Part shown: piece after piece, positions 16,854 through 25,826 of the stretch
Layout: every line of letters starts with the position of its first letter
How positions within the stretch are numbered: the stretch's first letter is position 1
Source of the DNA: Thermodesulfovibrionia bacterium
Lineage (GTDB): Bacteria; Nitrospirota; Thermodesulfovibrionia; UBA6902
Reading direction: 5' to 3'
DNA: 64,000 nucleotides
Assembly: GCA_020053105.1 (NCBI GenBank)
Contig: JAGVNU010000042.1
Coordinates: 15,502 to 79,501, forward strand
The notes under the pieces: model-generated
Told to the model about the DNA's origin: nothing
The model's input: the letters and a program-made list of their open reading frames with translations, nothing else
Database searches by the model: none
Program-made: the position numbers and the translations under genes

Positions 16854-18431
16854 ATGAAAAATACTAAATATATCTTAAGACTCCGGCTTTTCATGATATT
16901 TTTTGCAACTGTCATTTTTCCCCCGGGTTGTATGACTCCGGAAGAGCAGGCAAGTCACCCTGAGATGTTTAAGTGTCAGGTGTCCCTTTTTTTTAACGGC
17001 CCTGACATGGCTGCCAGTGATATCACCTTTGAGCTGGCGGGAGTCAATATAGTAGCAGAAGATGGGACTTCCAGAGAAGTTGTGCGCGCTCCTCTCCGTA
17101 TTAATTCCAATGATATAAAAGGCCGTCAAATATTTCTGGGTGAAAAATCTTTACCTGAAGGCAAGTACGAAAAGCTTCAGTTTGTCATAAAGGAAGCGTC
17201 TATCAGTAAAAAAGGGAAGACCTCACATCTAGCGTTGCCGCCCGGGGGAGTGGAGTTAGGCATTGATGTTTCCTTAAGAAGAAATCAGAGTACCACATTA
17301 TTTCTGAACTGGAATGCTGATGCATCTGTCAGTGAGGACTACCTATTCAACCCTGTATTTACGGTAAAGAGTCAGGGCGCTGAATTAAGTTCTCTGCTTA
17401 TTTACGTAACTAATGAGGATTCGGACTCCGTCTCGGTGATTAACAGGCAGGCCGGTGAGATAGCCGCGACAGTATTGGTGGGGAAAAAGCCGAGGGGGAT
17501 TGCGACTTCAATTACGGGAGAGCGCCTTAAGGTTTATGTTGTGAATTCAGGCTCAAACAGTATCTCAGTAATCGACCCTACAACGAATAAAATAGAGAAT
17601 GAGATCCCTATCAGGTTCGGCAGGCAGCCGGAAGCTATCGCTGTAGCAGGCATATCCGCTGATAAGGAGCTGATATTTGTCGCCAATTACGGCTCCAATT
17701 CAGTTTCCCTGGTGGACGCATCCACTTATCAGGAGCTGGAGAAGATAGATGTAGGGCGAGGCCCAATAGCAATTGCAACAGACCCACCGGTGGAGGATCT
17801 TATGGGATCGAGGTTTCTCAGCTTTGATGATATTAACTTATTAAGAAGTTACAGGGAAAGGTTTTTTAATGTTTATGTAGTCAATCAAAATTCCAACAGC
17901 GTTTCCGTGTTGAGGATTGACGCTGTGGCTAAGAAGAGCGTGGAAGTTATTAATCTAAGCGTGGAATGGAGACCCGTCGCGCTAAGCGTGGATTATCAAA
18001 GGGGCAAGGTTTATATAGCCAATTATGATTCTGACAAACTGTCTGTTATAGATATCCCCAAAACAGTAAAGGGCATTACGTCAGATGCTGTCAGCACCAT
18101 TAATAATGTGGGATTTTCTATAATAGGTGTCATCGCTGACCCGGCCTTCGACAGGCTGTATTTATTAAAAGAACGTACCGGGGAGGTAGTGATTGTCAGA
18201 CCTTTTACAGACAACCTTGATACCCTCAGGACAGTGATGCCTCCGGTAATGGGGACTATTGCCGTGGGGAGTTCGCCAAGAGCACTCGTTTTAGATCCTG
18301 AAGCCAGAAAGCTGTATGTAGTTAACAGCGGATCAGACAATATTTCAGTTATAGATAAAACCACAATAAATGAAGAGCAGATCATCCCTGTAGGCAAGAA
18401 GCCTTACGGTATAACATTTTTCCAGAAATGA
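16854..18431 (+). CDS. Lipoprotein with N-terminal DUF4382-like domain and YVTN-type beta-propeller
   Basis: 525-aa ORF with a lipobox-like FPPGC. The N-terminal roughly 170 aa resemble the DUF4382 pattern (LPEGKYEKLQFVI...LALPPGGVELGIDV...LFLNWNADASV). Then repeated YVTN-like blades (IYVTNEDSDSVSVINRQAGEI, VYVVNSGSNSISVIDPTTNKI, IFVANYGSNSVSLVDASTYQ, VYVVNQNSNSVSVL, VYIANYDSDKLSVID, LYVVNSGSDNISVIDKTT). Confidence 0.8.
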   Translation: MKNTKYILRLRLFMIFFATVIFPPGCMTPEEQASHPEMFKCQVSLFFNGPDMAASDITFELAGVNIVAEDGTSREVVRAPLRINSNDIKGRQIFLGEKSLPEGKYEKLQFVIKEASISKKGKTSHLALPPGGVELGIDVSLRRNQSTTLFLNWNADASVSEDYLFNPVFTVKSQGAELSSLLIYVTNEDSDSVSVINRQAGEIAATVLVGKKPRGIATSITGERLKVYVVNSGSNSISVIDPTTNKIENEIPIRFGRQPEAIAVAGISADKELIFVANYGSNSVSLVDASTYQELEKIDVGRGPIAIATDPPVEDLMGSRFLSFDDINLLRSYRERFFNVYVVNQNSNSVSVLRIDAVAKKSVEVINLSVEWRPVALSVDYQRGKVYIANYDSDKLSVIDIPKTVKGITSDAVSTINNVGFSIIGVIADPAFDRLYLLKERTGEVVIVRPFTDNLDTLRTVMPPVMGTIAVGSSPRALVLDPEARKLYVVNSGSDNISVIDKTTINEEQIIPVGKKPYGITFFQK

Positions 18432-18449
18432 TAAATTGCAGAAGATATA

Positions 18450-18465
18450 TGGAATCAGAATTGCG
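18450..18465 (+). promoter_or_regulatory. Candidate sigma54 -24/-12 element (TGGAAT-N5-TTGCG) upstream of the OM barrel gene
   Basis: tggaatcagaattgcg. GG 18451-52 and GC 18463-64 have the correct 12-nt offset, but the -24 hexamer deviates from TGGCAC at two positions. Confidence 0.35.
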
Positions 18466-18540
18466 GACTTCACATTTCATGCCCCGGATTATTATTGCTT
18501 GCATATCTGAAATGTTAAATCCGGGACAAAAAGATGACCT

Positions 18541-20829
18541 ATGAGGATTATATTATGCAATATTTCAGTCCTTATAATGTCCGTATTTTTATTAAACTCT
18601 TTTTCTCACTCACAGGGATTGAGCGGATATTTTGATATAAATAAAAATATCACTAAAGAATATGAGGATGGTGAAAGGACATCATCTTCCGAAGCATTAA
18701 ACCGTAATTTATATCTTAAGTTGCAGGAACCGATTACACCGGTGCTTTCTTATCAGTTTAACTTACGGACAAATTTTCTGGATTCAGAGACAACGGACTC
18801 CCTGGACGTGACTTCGACAAGGTACACCAGGTCGCTTGAGCCGGCGCTGGATCTGATTCTCGGGAACCCGGGGTATAATTTTAGTGCAGGCGCACGCCGC
18901 AGGGAACAATGGACCGCAGCGCATATGAATAATGACAACAGAAAGACAAATGAATATTATTATTCCAGATTCAGCCTGTCCCCCGAGGCATTGCCTTCTT
19001 TGACACTTCAGATAGACAAACAGAAGAACTATGATTATCTTTCTCCGAGGGCCGTGGATGACAGCAACACGGTATATTCCATCAACTCAGCGTATGATTT
19101 GCCGCCCGGAGATGTGAAGTTCAGATATACGGTCAATTATTCATATACTATAAACCAGACCCCTTTAAAGCTTAACAATAAAACTGTAATTGATAATTTT
19201 AACACCACGTATAACATTGGATATTCCAGCCGCTTCTGGCAAAATAAAGCCGACTACTCCATAGGCTATCAGGGGAATTATTCAAGGAGCAAGAGTGAGC
19301 AGTTTGTTACTCAAACGGGCATTGTCCTGAATGAGAGGGTCCCTTTTGCTGGGCTTTATATATTTGACGATATACCTGTTGATCCCACTACCGGGGCCTT
19401 AAATACTGAAAACAATCTCATAAATAATGATGTTACTACACCGATAACAAGCATAAACATCGGCCCAATCAGCCCCGCTACAACCCATATAAATCATAAT
19501 ATAGGCATCTGGGTTTCACAGGAAAATTCTGTAGACCGGTTATATATTTATGTTGATAGAGACGTAAGCGGCGATATAAATCTGGGAAACGTCAGCAACT
19601 GGAAGGTTTATAAGAGCAATTCAAATACAGCAGTAACAACCTGGACAGAGGTGGCCATAAACCAGGTGACGATTTCTATTAATACCCTTGATGGCATATT
19701 CCGCTATGAGCTAAAATTTTTGACCGAGCAAAATGCCGCCTATTTTAAGGCCGTTAACCTGGCGACTGTTAACTCCAGCAATGTAGGACCGACCGATCCG
19801 GTATATGTGACGGAGATTGAGGCCCTCGGCAATGATCTGGCGGATGAGGAAAAACTCGTTGACGCATCTAATACTTTTTCACAGCAACTAAGTTTAAATA
19901 CCAGTTTCAGGCCCACAAGCAAGCTGACCTTCGCACTTTATTATTCTATAGACAGGTCGGACCAGAACATGGTTTCAGTTGTAAATTCTGTAGGAGGCGT
20001 TTTCGAAAATATCTTCAGTGATTCCTTCGGGGACGATAAATGGGATTTCACAAGTAATGTAACAAGGGGCTACAGCGCGTCTTCTACCTGGCTGACGCAC
20101 AGGTTCCTTACCACCTCATTCCGTGTACAACGGAATGAATCCTTTGACAATATAGAAGAGACAGACTTTAATTCAAATTCCTACAGTCTGTCTTTTTTCA
20201 CTGAGCCGCTTCCGACACTTAATGCCAATTTATCATTAATCAGAAGTGACAATTTCAGTTTCGGTGATAAGGCCTCTGCGAATGATTCTATTCTGTTAAG
20301 TGTAGGTTCCAGACTATACAGGGACCTGAACATGATCACGGATGCAGTTTATACCAGGGCATACTCATTTGCGAGTGAGACCACTTCTACAACCCAGCAG
20401 ATAAACGGGACACTGGACGCCCTTCTTACCCGGAAATTGTCAGGGACCTTTACTTATCATATCAGCCGGACCTTGTCTGACGGCACGCCTTCAGATTTAA
20501 AGGATGGGTCTGTTTTTATTACTTACCGGCCGGGGAAGCTGATCAATTTCTCCGGCAATTTTAAAATAACAGATTCAGATGGGGAAACATCAATCGCAGA
20601 GGGAATGCTGATGGACTGGCTTCCTCTGCCTGCTATCAGATTAAATGCAAACTATCAGCACAGTGATTCAGAGCCGGGACCTGTAAAGACGGACACTATT
20701 AACGGATATGTAATATGGTATGTAACAAAGTTTGCAGATGTCCGCTTTATAAACAGTTACTCGAAACAGGTTGATAATAAAGAGACGGAAAATTACAGTA
20801 TGAGCGCAAGCTTAAATTGCAGATTCTGA
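18541..20829 (+). CDS. Large outer-membrane beta-barrel protein with an inserted jelly-roll (discoidin/F5-8C-like) domain
   Basis: 762-aa ORF with a signal peptide (VLIMSVFLLNSFSHSQG). Long runs of alternating-hydrophobicity strands (FTYHISRT, VFITYRPG, INFSGNFKIT, VIWYVTKFADVRFINSY). C-terminal OMP beta-signal ending ...YSMSASLNCRF. The central roughly 160 aa (nt about 19350-19830) end in VYVTEIEALG, typical of discoidin-like domains. Confidence 0.7.
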   Translation: MRIILCNISVLIMSVFLLNSFSHSQGLSGYFDINKNITKEYEDGERTSSSEALNRNLYLKLQEPITPVLSYQFNLRTNFLDSETTDSLDVTSTRYTRSLEPALDLILGNPGYNFSAGARRREQWTAAHMNNDNRKTNEYYYSRFSLSPEALPSLTLQIDKQKNYDYLSPRAVDDSNTVYSINSAYDLPPGDVKFRYTVNYSYTINQTPLKLNNKTVIDNFNTTYNIGYSSRFWQNKADYSIGYQGNYSRSKSEQFVTQTGIVLNERVPFAGLYIFDDIPVDPTTGALNTENNLINNDVTTPITSINIGPISPATTHINHNIGIWVSQENSVDRLYIYVDRDVSGDINLGNVSNWKVYKSNSNTAVTTWTEVAINQVTISINTLDGIFRYELKFLTEQNAAYFKAVNLATVNSSNVGPTDPVYVTEIEALGNDLADEEKLVDASNTFSQQLSLNTSFRPTSKLTFALYYSIDRSDQNMVSVVNSVGGVFENIFSDSFGDDKWDFTSNVTRGYSASSTWLTHRFLTTSFRVQRNESFDNIEETDFNSNSYSLSFFTEPLPTLNANLSLIRSDNFSFGDKASANDSILLSVGSRLYRDLNMITDAVYTRAYSFASETTSTTQQINGTLDALLTRKLSGTFTYHISRTLSDGTPSDLKDGSVFITYRPGKLINFSGNFKITDSDGETSIAEGMLMDWLPLPAIRLNANYQHSDSEPGPVKTDTINGYVIWYVTKFADVRFINSYSKQVDNKETENYSMSASLNCRF

Positions 20830-20872
20830 AGTTGTAACATATAATACTGCCTGTTTAATAGAATAAACTTGA

Positions 20873-21487
20873 ATGGGAATGAACATGATTGACAGGGTGA
20901 CCAAGGGAAAATGCGGCCGGTTTCAGATATATGTATTAACGGTCCTTTGTTTTTTTATATTTTTTACAGGCGGGTGCAGCACCACCTCGAAGAAATATAC
21001 CCGCCCTGACTTCGACATAAACTCGATTAACACCATTGCGGTGCTTCCCCTTGAGAACTTCACTTCAGACAATTACGCGGACGAAAAGATCAGAAGTAAA
21101 ATAAGCATTGAACTCTTATCACGGGACCTTAACATTATTGAGCCCGGCGAAATCATTTCGGTCTTAAGGGAACTGAAGATTAAATCCGTTGATTCCATTC
21201 GAAATAAGGACATGGTGAGCATAGGAAGCATGTTAAATGTTGAGGCTGTTCTCACCGGGTCGGTGGAAGCATTCGGGATAAGCAGAGGAATTGCGGCGTC
21301 ATATCCCGAGGTGTCTGTCCATCTGATGATGTTTGACACGGTCACAGGGAATATTGTCTGGTCGGCCTGGCATACAAGCGGCGGCGCAAGTTTCTGGACG
21401 AGGCATTTCGGCGCAGAAGGCAGCACCCTCGATAACGTATCTGAAAGGGTAATTAAAGAGGCATTTGATGCTCTATATAGTCGTTAA
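20873..21487 (+). CDS. Lipoprotein with a CsgG/LpoB/TolB-N-like alpha/beta domain (family shared with next two genes)
   Basis: 204-aa ORF with lipobox FFTGGC. Domain starts NTIAVLPLENFTSDNYADEKIR. C-terminal block HTSGGASFWTRHFGAEGSTLDNVSERVIKEAFDALY is paralogous to the 21573..22160 product. Confidence 0.7.
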   Translation: MGMNMIDRVTKGKCGRFQIYVLTVLCFFIFFTGGCSTTSKKYTRPDFDINSINTIAVLPLENFTSDNYADEKIRSKISIELLSRDLNIIEPGEIISVLRELKIKSVDSIRNKDMVSIGSMLNVEAVLTGSVEAFGISRGIAASYPEVSVHLMMFDTVTGNIVWSAWHTSGGASFWTRHFGAEGSTLDNVSERVIKEAFDALYSR

Positions 21488-21572
21488 CTGCCGGTCATGG
21501 GGAAAATTAATTATAAGGCCTGCCGGCGGAGAATTACATAACTGGAAATTGATACTTGATGAATAAAGGAGA

Positions 21573-22160
21573 ATGGCTATGCGTTTATTGAAAAAATATG
21601 TACCGGCATTAATGGGTTTAATCCTGTTTATTATTTCGGGATGCCGAGGCGATATCCCGGTTTATCATATCAGTGAGGACATAGATTTCAGTTATTACAA
21701 GAGAGTAGCGGTTGTTCCTTTTGATAATCTGACAAATGACAAATATGCCGATGAGATCGTGAGGCAGGTGGTTGTGAGCGAGCTTTTGGCATCAGGCCTT
21801 GTTGACGTTGTGTTTCCAGGTGAAGTCAAGAGCGCCATTGCCGAGCTGGGCATTAAATCCGTCTCTGCACTGACGGCAAACCAAATCAAGTCGCTGTGTA
21901 ATACACTTAAGGTGGAAGCGCTCATTGTCGGGGCGGTTGAAGAATACGGCGAAGTGAGGATGGGAAATATCTCAGCGCCCCAGGTTACGTTGAGCTTAAT
22001 GATGGCGGATGCGAACACCGGGTCTATCGTGTGGTCCATTACGAAAACACGCGGAGGCGCAGGTTTTATGGCACGGCATTTTGGAGCAAGGCATGAAACA
22101 GTCAGTGAAACTGTGTTGTTGCTTGTAAGAGAATCAATCAGGACTCTATATAAGCAGTAA
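21573..22160 (+). CDS. Lipoprotein, paralogue of 20873..21487
   Basis: 195-aa ORF with lipobox FIISGC. Motifs KRVAVVPFDNLTNDKYADEIVR and KTRGGAGFMARHFGARHETVSETVLLLVRESIRTLY. Confidence 0.7.
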   Translation: MAMRLLKKYVPALMGLILFIISGCRGDIPVYHISEDIDFSYYKRVAVVPFDNLTNDKYADEIVRQVVVSELLASGLVDVVFPGEVKSAIAELGIKSVSALTANQIKSLCNTLKVEALIVGAVEEYGEVRMGNISAPQVTLSLMMADANTGSIVWSITKTRGGAGFMARHFGARHETVSETVLLLVRESIRTLYKQ

Positions 22161-22284
22161 TTGGTCATTGCCTTATGATCAGCTGTTAACATCCACTGAC
22201 ATTTAACCTGTGTCGGTCTAAAGACTAAACGATTACCATGGCCAACATACAAATATCAAAGGTTTCTGTCCTGGGATTTATATA

Positions 22285-24126
22285 ATGAAGAAAGTAATTA
22301 TCAGCTTCATTATATTTATTGTCGGGGCACTGTCTCTCTTTATATATTCCTCGAATAATGAGGGAAGGGCCACCCGATTATCAGGTGAGGAAATGACTTC
22401 TGAGAAGAAGGTATCGACGTCCCCTGCAAAAGGTCCCACCGGTTCTGCGGAAGTACCCTTGATCACGGGCCCAGAAATCAAAGAGCCTGCAACAAGCAGG
22501 GATGAGACCGAAAAACCTATTGAAGATGCTATTCATAAGAAAGAGCCGGCGATAAAAGCTGAAGCAAGATTGGAAGCGGCCCTGCCGGTGCAAGAGATAA
22601 AAGAAAAAGGAGAACAGCCTGCGACTTTTACTGCTGAAGTTTCCCCGGGGGAAATGAATAGAAAAGACGAAGCCAGGCCTCTCGAAAAAGAGACGGACCG
22701 GTTTGTTGAGAAAAAGGAATTAATTATTAAAGAAGAACCTGTCGGAACGGCTGAAAAAATAACGGTAGCCGCGCCCGTAGAGGAGATAATAATAACTGTC
22801 GATAAGCCGGTCCTTATTAAGGAAGTGGAAAAGGCCGCAATACCCCGTGAGGAAATTAAACAGCCGATCATAAAGACAGCATTGGCCAGGGAAGAGTCAC
22901 GTGTTGTGGAAGAAAAAGCGGAGACCATGCCTGCCGGAGGATTGATTATAATGCCGATTGAAACTCCGGCGACTGTCCTTAGCAAACTATCGTCTGCAGG
23001 ATCGAAGGATATAATGCCTGAGAGGGCAAAAGAGCAGCCTTCTGTAAAGATGGAACCGGCTGTTGCTGTTGTCTCTACTGAGAAGGCCACGGTCAAGGGA
23101 GAAATAATTTCCCTGGCAGAGAAAACGAAAGGGGACATGGAAAAGCCTGGGCCGTTTACCGGTGAGATGTTGATTGAAGGGAATAACAAAAGGATTGCGA
23201 TATTCCCATTTGAAAACTTATCTGATAACAGGGACGCATTCAAACATGTTTTACCGCTTTTGATAGATAAGCTGGAAAAAAGAGGGTTTGAAGTTGTTGA
23301 TGAGGACGACCTCAACAATTTTTTATGCGGGGAAAGGGTCCGGTCCACGGGTTATATTTCAAGAGAACTCTCCGGGAAAATACGAAAGAGATTTAACGTA
23401 TCAACTATTCTGGCAGGGGCCATAATTTCCTTCTCCGATGAAGATATCCCAGAGTTTGGAATCCTTGCGCGCATGGTAGAAACATCCGGCGGCACAATCA
23501 TCTGGGCGGATTATTCCGCTGCAACAGGGGAGGATTTCATTGCGGTCCTGGAGCTGGGGAGATTGAAGACGGTATTCAGTTTAATTCCAAAGGTCATTGA
23601 TATATTGTTTGCATCATATAAAGACGGAGATATTAACAGGGAAACAAAACATTTGCACAGAATTGCCGTGATGCCTTTCAAGAATAACACCGGCTTCAAT
23701 AATGCGGGAATTATCGCCACCTATATGTTCATAGTGGAAATATTTAAAAGCCGGCTTTTTATACCTGTAGAATATGGTGATATCAGAGATATAATCATTA
23801 AACAGGGCATAAGGCTTAAAGGTGATATCGGTTATGAAAATATCAGCGAGCTTTCAAATGAATTGAAAGCAAGGGGTATCCTGGTGGGTGTAGTCGATAA
23901 TTATTCGAACGGCGCCGATGGTTCCATGTCCCCGAATGCTGGCATTACCGCAAGGCTTGTCGATGGCAGTAATAAAAAAATTATGTGGTATAATAGCAGC
24001 CAATTGAGCGGAGAAGATAACATTATTGCCCTTGACTGGGGCAGGATCAGGTCAGTCCATTCAGTTGCTTATAAGGCTGTTTCCGGTTTAGTGAAAGAAA
24101 TGAGCAGGAAAAAATGGCGTGATTAG
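22285..24126 (+). CDS. Envelope protein: signal/anchor + about 290-aa E/K/P/A-rich low-complexity linker + two copies of the same lipoprotein alpha/beta domain
   Basis: 613-aa ORF with an N-terminal hydrophobic helix (VIISFIIFIVGALSLFIY). Residues about 30-320 are rich in E, K, P, I, A. Two domain starts: KRIAIFPFENLSDNRDAF and HRIAVMPFKNNTGFNNAG. Confidence 0.7.
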   Translation: MKKVIISFIIFIVGALSLFIYSSNNEGRATRLSGEEMTSEKKVSTSPAKGPTGSAEVPLITGPEIKEPATSRDETEKPIEDAIHKKEPAIKAEARLEAALPVQEIKEKGEQPATFTAEVSPGEMNRKDEARPLEKETDRFVEKKELIIKEEPVGTAEKITVAAPVEEIIITVDKPVLIKEVEKAAIPREEIKQPIIKTALAREESRVVEEKAETMPAGGLIIMPIETPATVLSKLSSAGSKDIMPERAKEQPSVKMEPAVAVVSTEKATVKGEIISLAEKTKGDMEKPGPFTGEMLIEGNNKRIAIFPFENLSDNRDAFKHVLPLLIDKLEKRGFEVVDEDDLNNFLCGERVRSTGYISRELSGKIRKRFNVSTILAGAIISFSDEDIPEFGILARMVETSGGTIIWADYSAATGEDFIAVLELGRLKTVFSLIPKVIDILFASYKDGDINRETKHLHRIAVMPFKNNTGFNNAGIIATYMFIVEIFKSRLFIPVEYGDIRDIIIKQGIRLKGDIGYENISELSNELKARGILVGVVDNYSNGADGSMSPNAGITARLVDGSNKKIMWYNSSQLSGEDNIIALDWGRIRSVHSVAYKAVSGLVKEMSRKKWRD

Positions 24127-24154
24127 TTATAGCCTTGCTATTGGATCGTAAATT

Positions 24155-25816
24155 ATGAAAGCCGTCTTGAATATGCGGAGTGTTTTGATAATGCGCGGGA
24201 ATAATTTGTCTTTTTTTTGCCTTTGCTCATTGTTCTGTGTTCTGGTTGTTTCCGGCTGTGCATCGGTCCCCGGAGAGGGGAAAAATGCACTGGCATGGGT
24301 CGATGGAGAGCCGGTCACCAGAGAAGATCTCGGATATTCACTGCAGATTGCCCATCGCCGGGAGGACCTCTCAAATGCGAAGAAATTCGATATGTCCCAG
24401 TATATACAGAAGTTGATAGATGACAGATTGATTGTGCAGGAAGCGCTGCGTATGGGACTGGAAGATTCTCCAGAGCTCCAGGAGAAGATCAGGGAATATG
24501 TACTGAGGGAGTCGGTAGTAAAACTTTATAATGAGGAAATTGTCGGCAAGGCTTCTGTGACCCCGGAAGATGTGAAAAAATACTACAGGGAAAACTACGA
24601 GGGTTTTACTTTAAACATTATCGAGGCAGGCAGTGAGGATGAAGCAGGTGAGATAATACGCAAACTTCAGGGCGGTGAAGGGTTTGATAAATTTGCCCTT
24701 GATTATGCTTCTCATTCAGAAAACCAGAATCCCAAAGATCTTGTAGTCAAAAAAAAGAACCTGAGGCCGGCCATACAGGAGGCTGTTTCCGGTTTAAAAC
24801 CTGGAGACATAAGCGGTGTTATAAAAGACCAGGACAAATATTACATTGTGAAATTATTAGACAGACAGGCTGCGCTGGATGAGGACCTGGCATCTGTCCG
24901 TGCCAGCATTGCGAGCATTCTAAGAGATGAGAAGATTAAGAAACGAAGCGATGATTATCTCGCTGAACTTCGCAAAAAATCAGATGTTAAAATTGACAGG
25001 GACCTTTTGGCCTCTATTAAACTGGAAGAAGGAAATAAGACACGCGAAGAATGGTTAAATGATAAAAGGCCCCTTGTGCAGGTAAATAACATGACTCTTG
25101 CAGCCGGCGATTTTGCCGCTATGCTCCCGGAAAAGCCTCTTAAATCAAACGAAGAAATCCTCGATCAGTGGATTGACCGCAAGGTTGTAGATATTGAGGC
25201 GCTGGGCCGGCATTATGATATAAACACAGACCTGAAAGACATGTTGCAGCGTTATAAAAATGTGCTTCTTAAGACCGCATTTGTGAGGAAAGTAATTAAC
25301 CCTCAAATAAAGGTATCAGATAAAGATGCGGAAGATTATTACCATGGCCACCAGAATGAGTACGCCAAACAAGGTAAATACAAGATCCAGCAGATTACAT
25401 TGAAGTCTCAGGAAGACGCACAAGCGGTACTTAATAGTCTGGCAGGCGGCGCCAGTTTCTCCTGGCTTGCCAAGACCAAATCAAATGACCCATTAGCCCC
25501 ATCCGGCGGGGTCTCGGATTGGCAGACTAAAGCTCAATTGCCCGGGCCTGTAAAGGATATTATTGATGATCTTAAGCAGGGAGAGGTTAGCCCGGTATTT
25601 CAAATTGACGGGGAATATCTGATAATCAGACTCATGGAGAAGTCCGGGTTTGAAATTGAGGAATTCCGTAATGTGAAGGTAACCGTTTTAAATTCAGTTT
25701 ACAAGGAAAAATATAATGAAATATACGATGCATATATTAATAAATTAAGAAATGAAGCCAGGATAGAGCTGAATGATGAGGCTATCCGGTCTTTTGAAGA
25801 AACCTTTATAAAATAG
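24155..25816 (+). CDS. SurA/PpiD-like periplasmic chaperone lipoprotein with parvulin-like PPIase domain(s)
   Basis: 553-aa ORF with lipobox VVSGC. SurA-N-like helical region (SQYIQKLIDDRLIVQEALRMG). Parvulin-like segments (PEDVKKYYRENYEGF...GDISGVIKDQDKYYIVKLLD and DAEDYYHGHQNEY...GGVSDW...GEVSPVFQIDGEYLIIRLME). The first lacks the GGDLG signature. Confidence 0.7.
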   Translation: MKAVLNMRSVLIMRGNNLSFFCLCSLFCVLVVSGCASVPGEGKNALAWVDGEPVTREDLGYSLQIAHRREDLSNAKKFDMSQYIQKLIDDRLIVQEALRMGLEDSPELQEKIREYVLRESVVKLYNEEIVGKASVTPEDVKKYYRENYEGFTLNIIEAGSEDEAGEIIRKLQGGEGFDKFALDYASHSENQNPKDLVVKKKNLRPAIQEAVSGLKPGDISGVIKDQDKYYIVKLLDRQAALDEDLASVRASIASILRDEKIKKRSDDYLAELRKKSDVKIDRDLLASIKLEEGNKTREEWLNDKRPLVQVNNMTLAAGDFAAMLPEKPLKSNEEILDQWIDRKVVDIEALGRHYDINTDLKDMLQRYKNVLLKTAFVRKVINPQIKVSDKDAEDYYHGHQNEYAKQGKYKIQQITLKSQEDAQAVLNSLAGGASFSWLAKTKSNDPLAPSGGVSDWQTKAQLPGPVKDIIDDLKQGEVSPVFQIDGEYLIIRLMEKSGFEIEEFRNVKVTVLNSVYKEKYNEIYDAYINKLRNEARIELNDEAIRSFEETFIK

Positions 25817-25826
25817 TAATCTTCTG

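Noticed and set aside
22533-23348. 271-aa minus-strand ORF antisense to the E/K/P-rich lipoprotein gene
   Set aside because: Its low-complexity S/F/L-rich translation is the mirror image of the E/K-rich coding strand. It has no start context or motifs. The same reasoning applies to the other long antisense ORFs (for example 9641-10123, 14768-15277, 43740-44216, 61407-61979).
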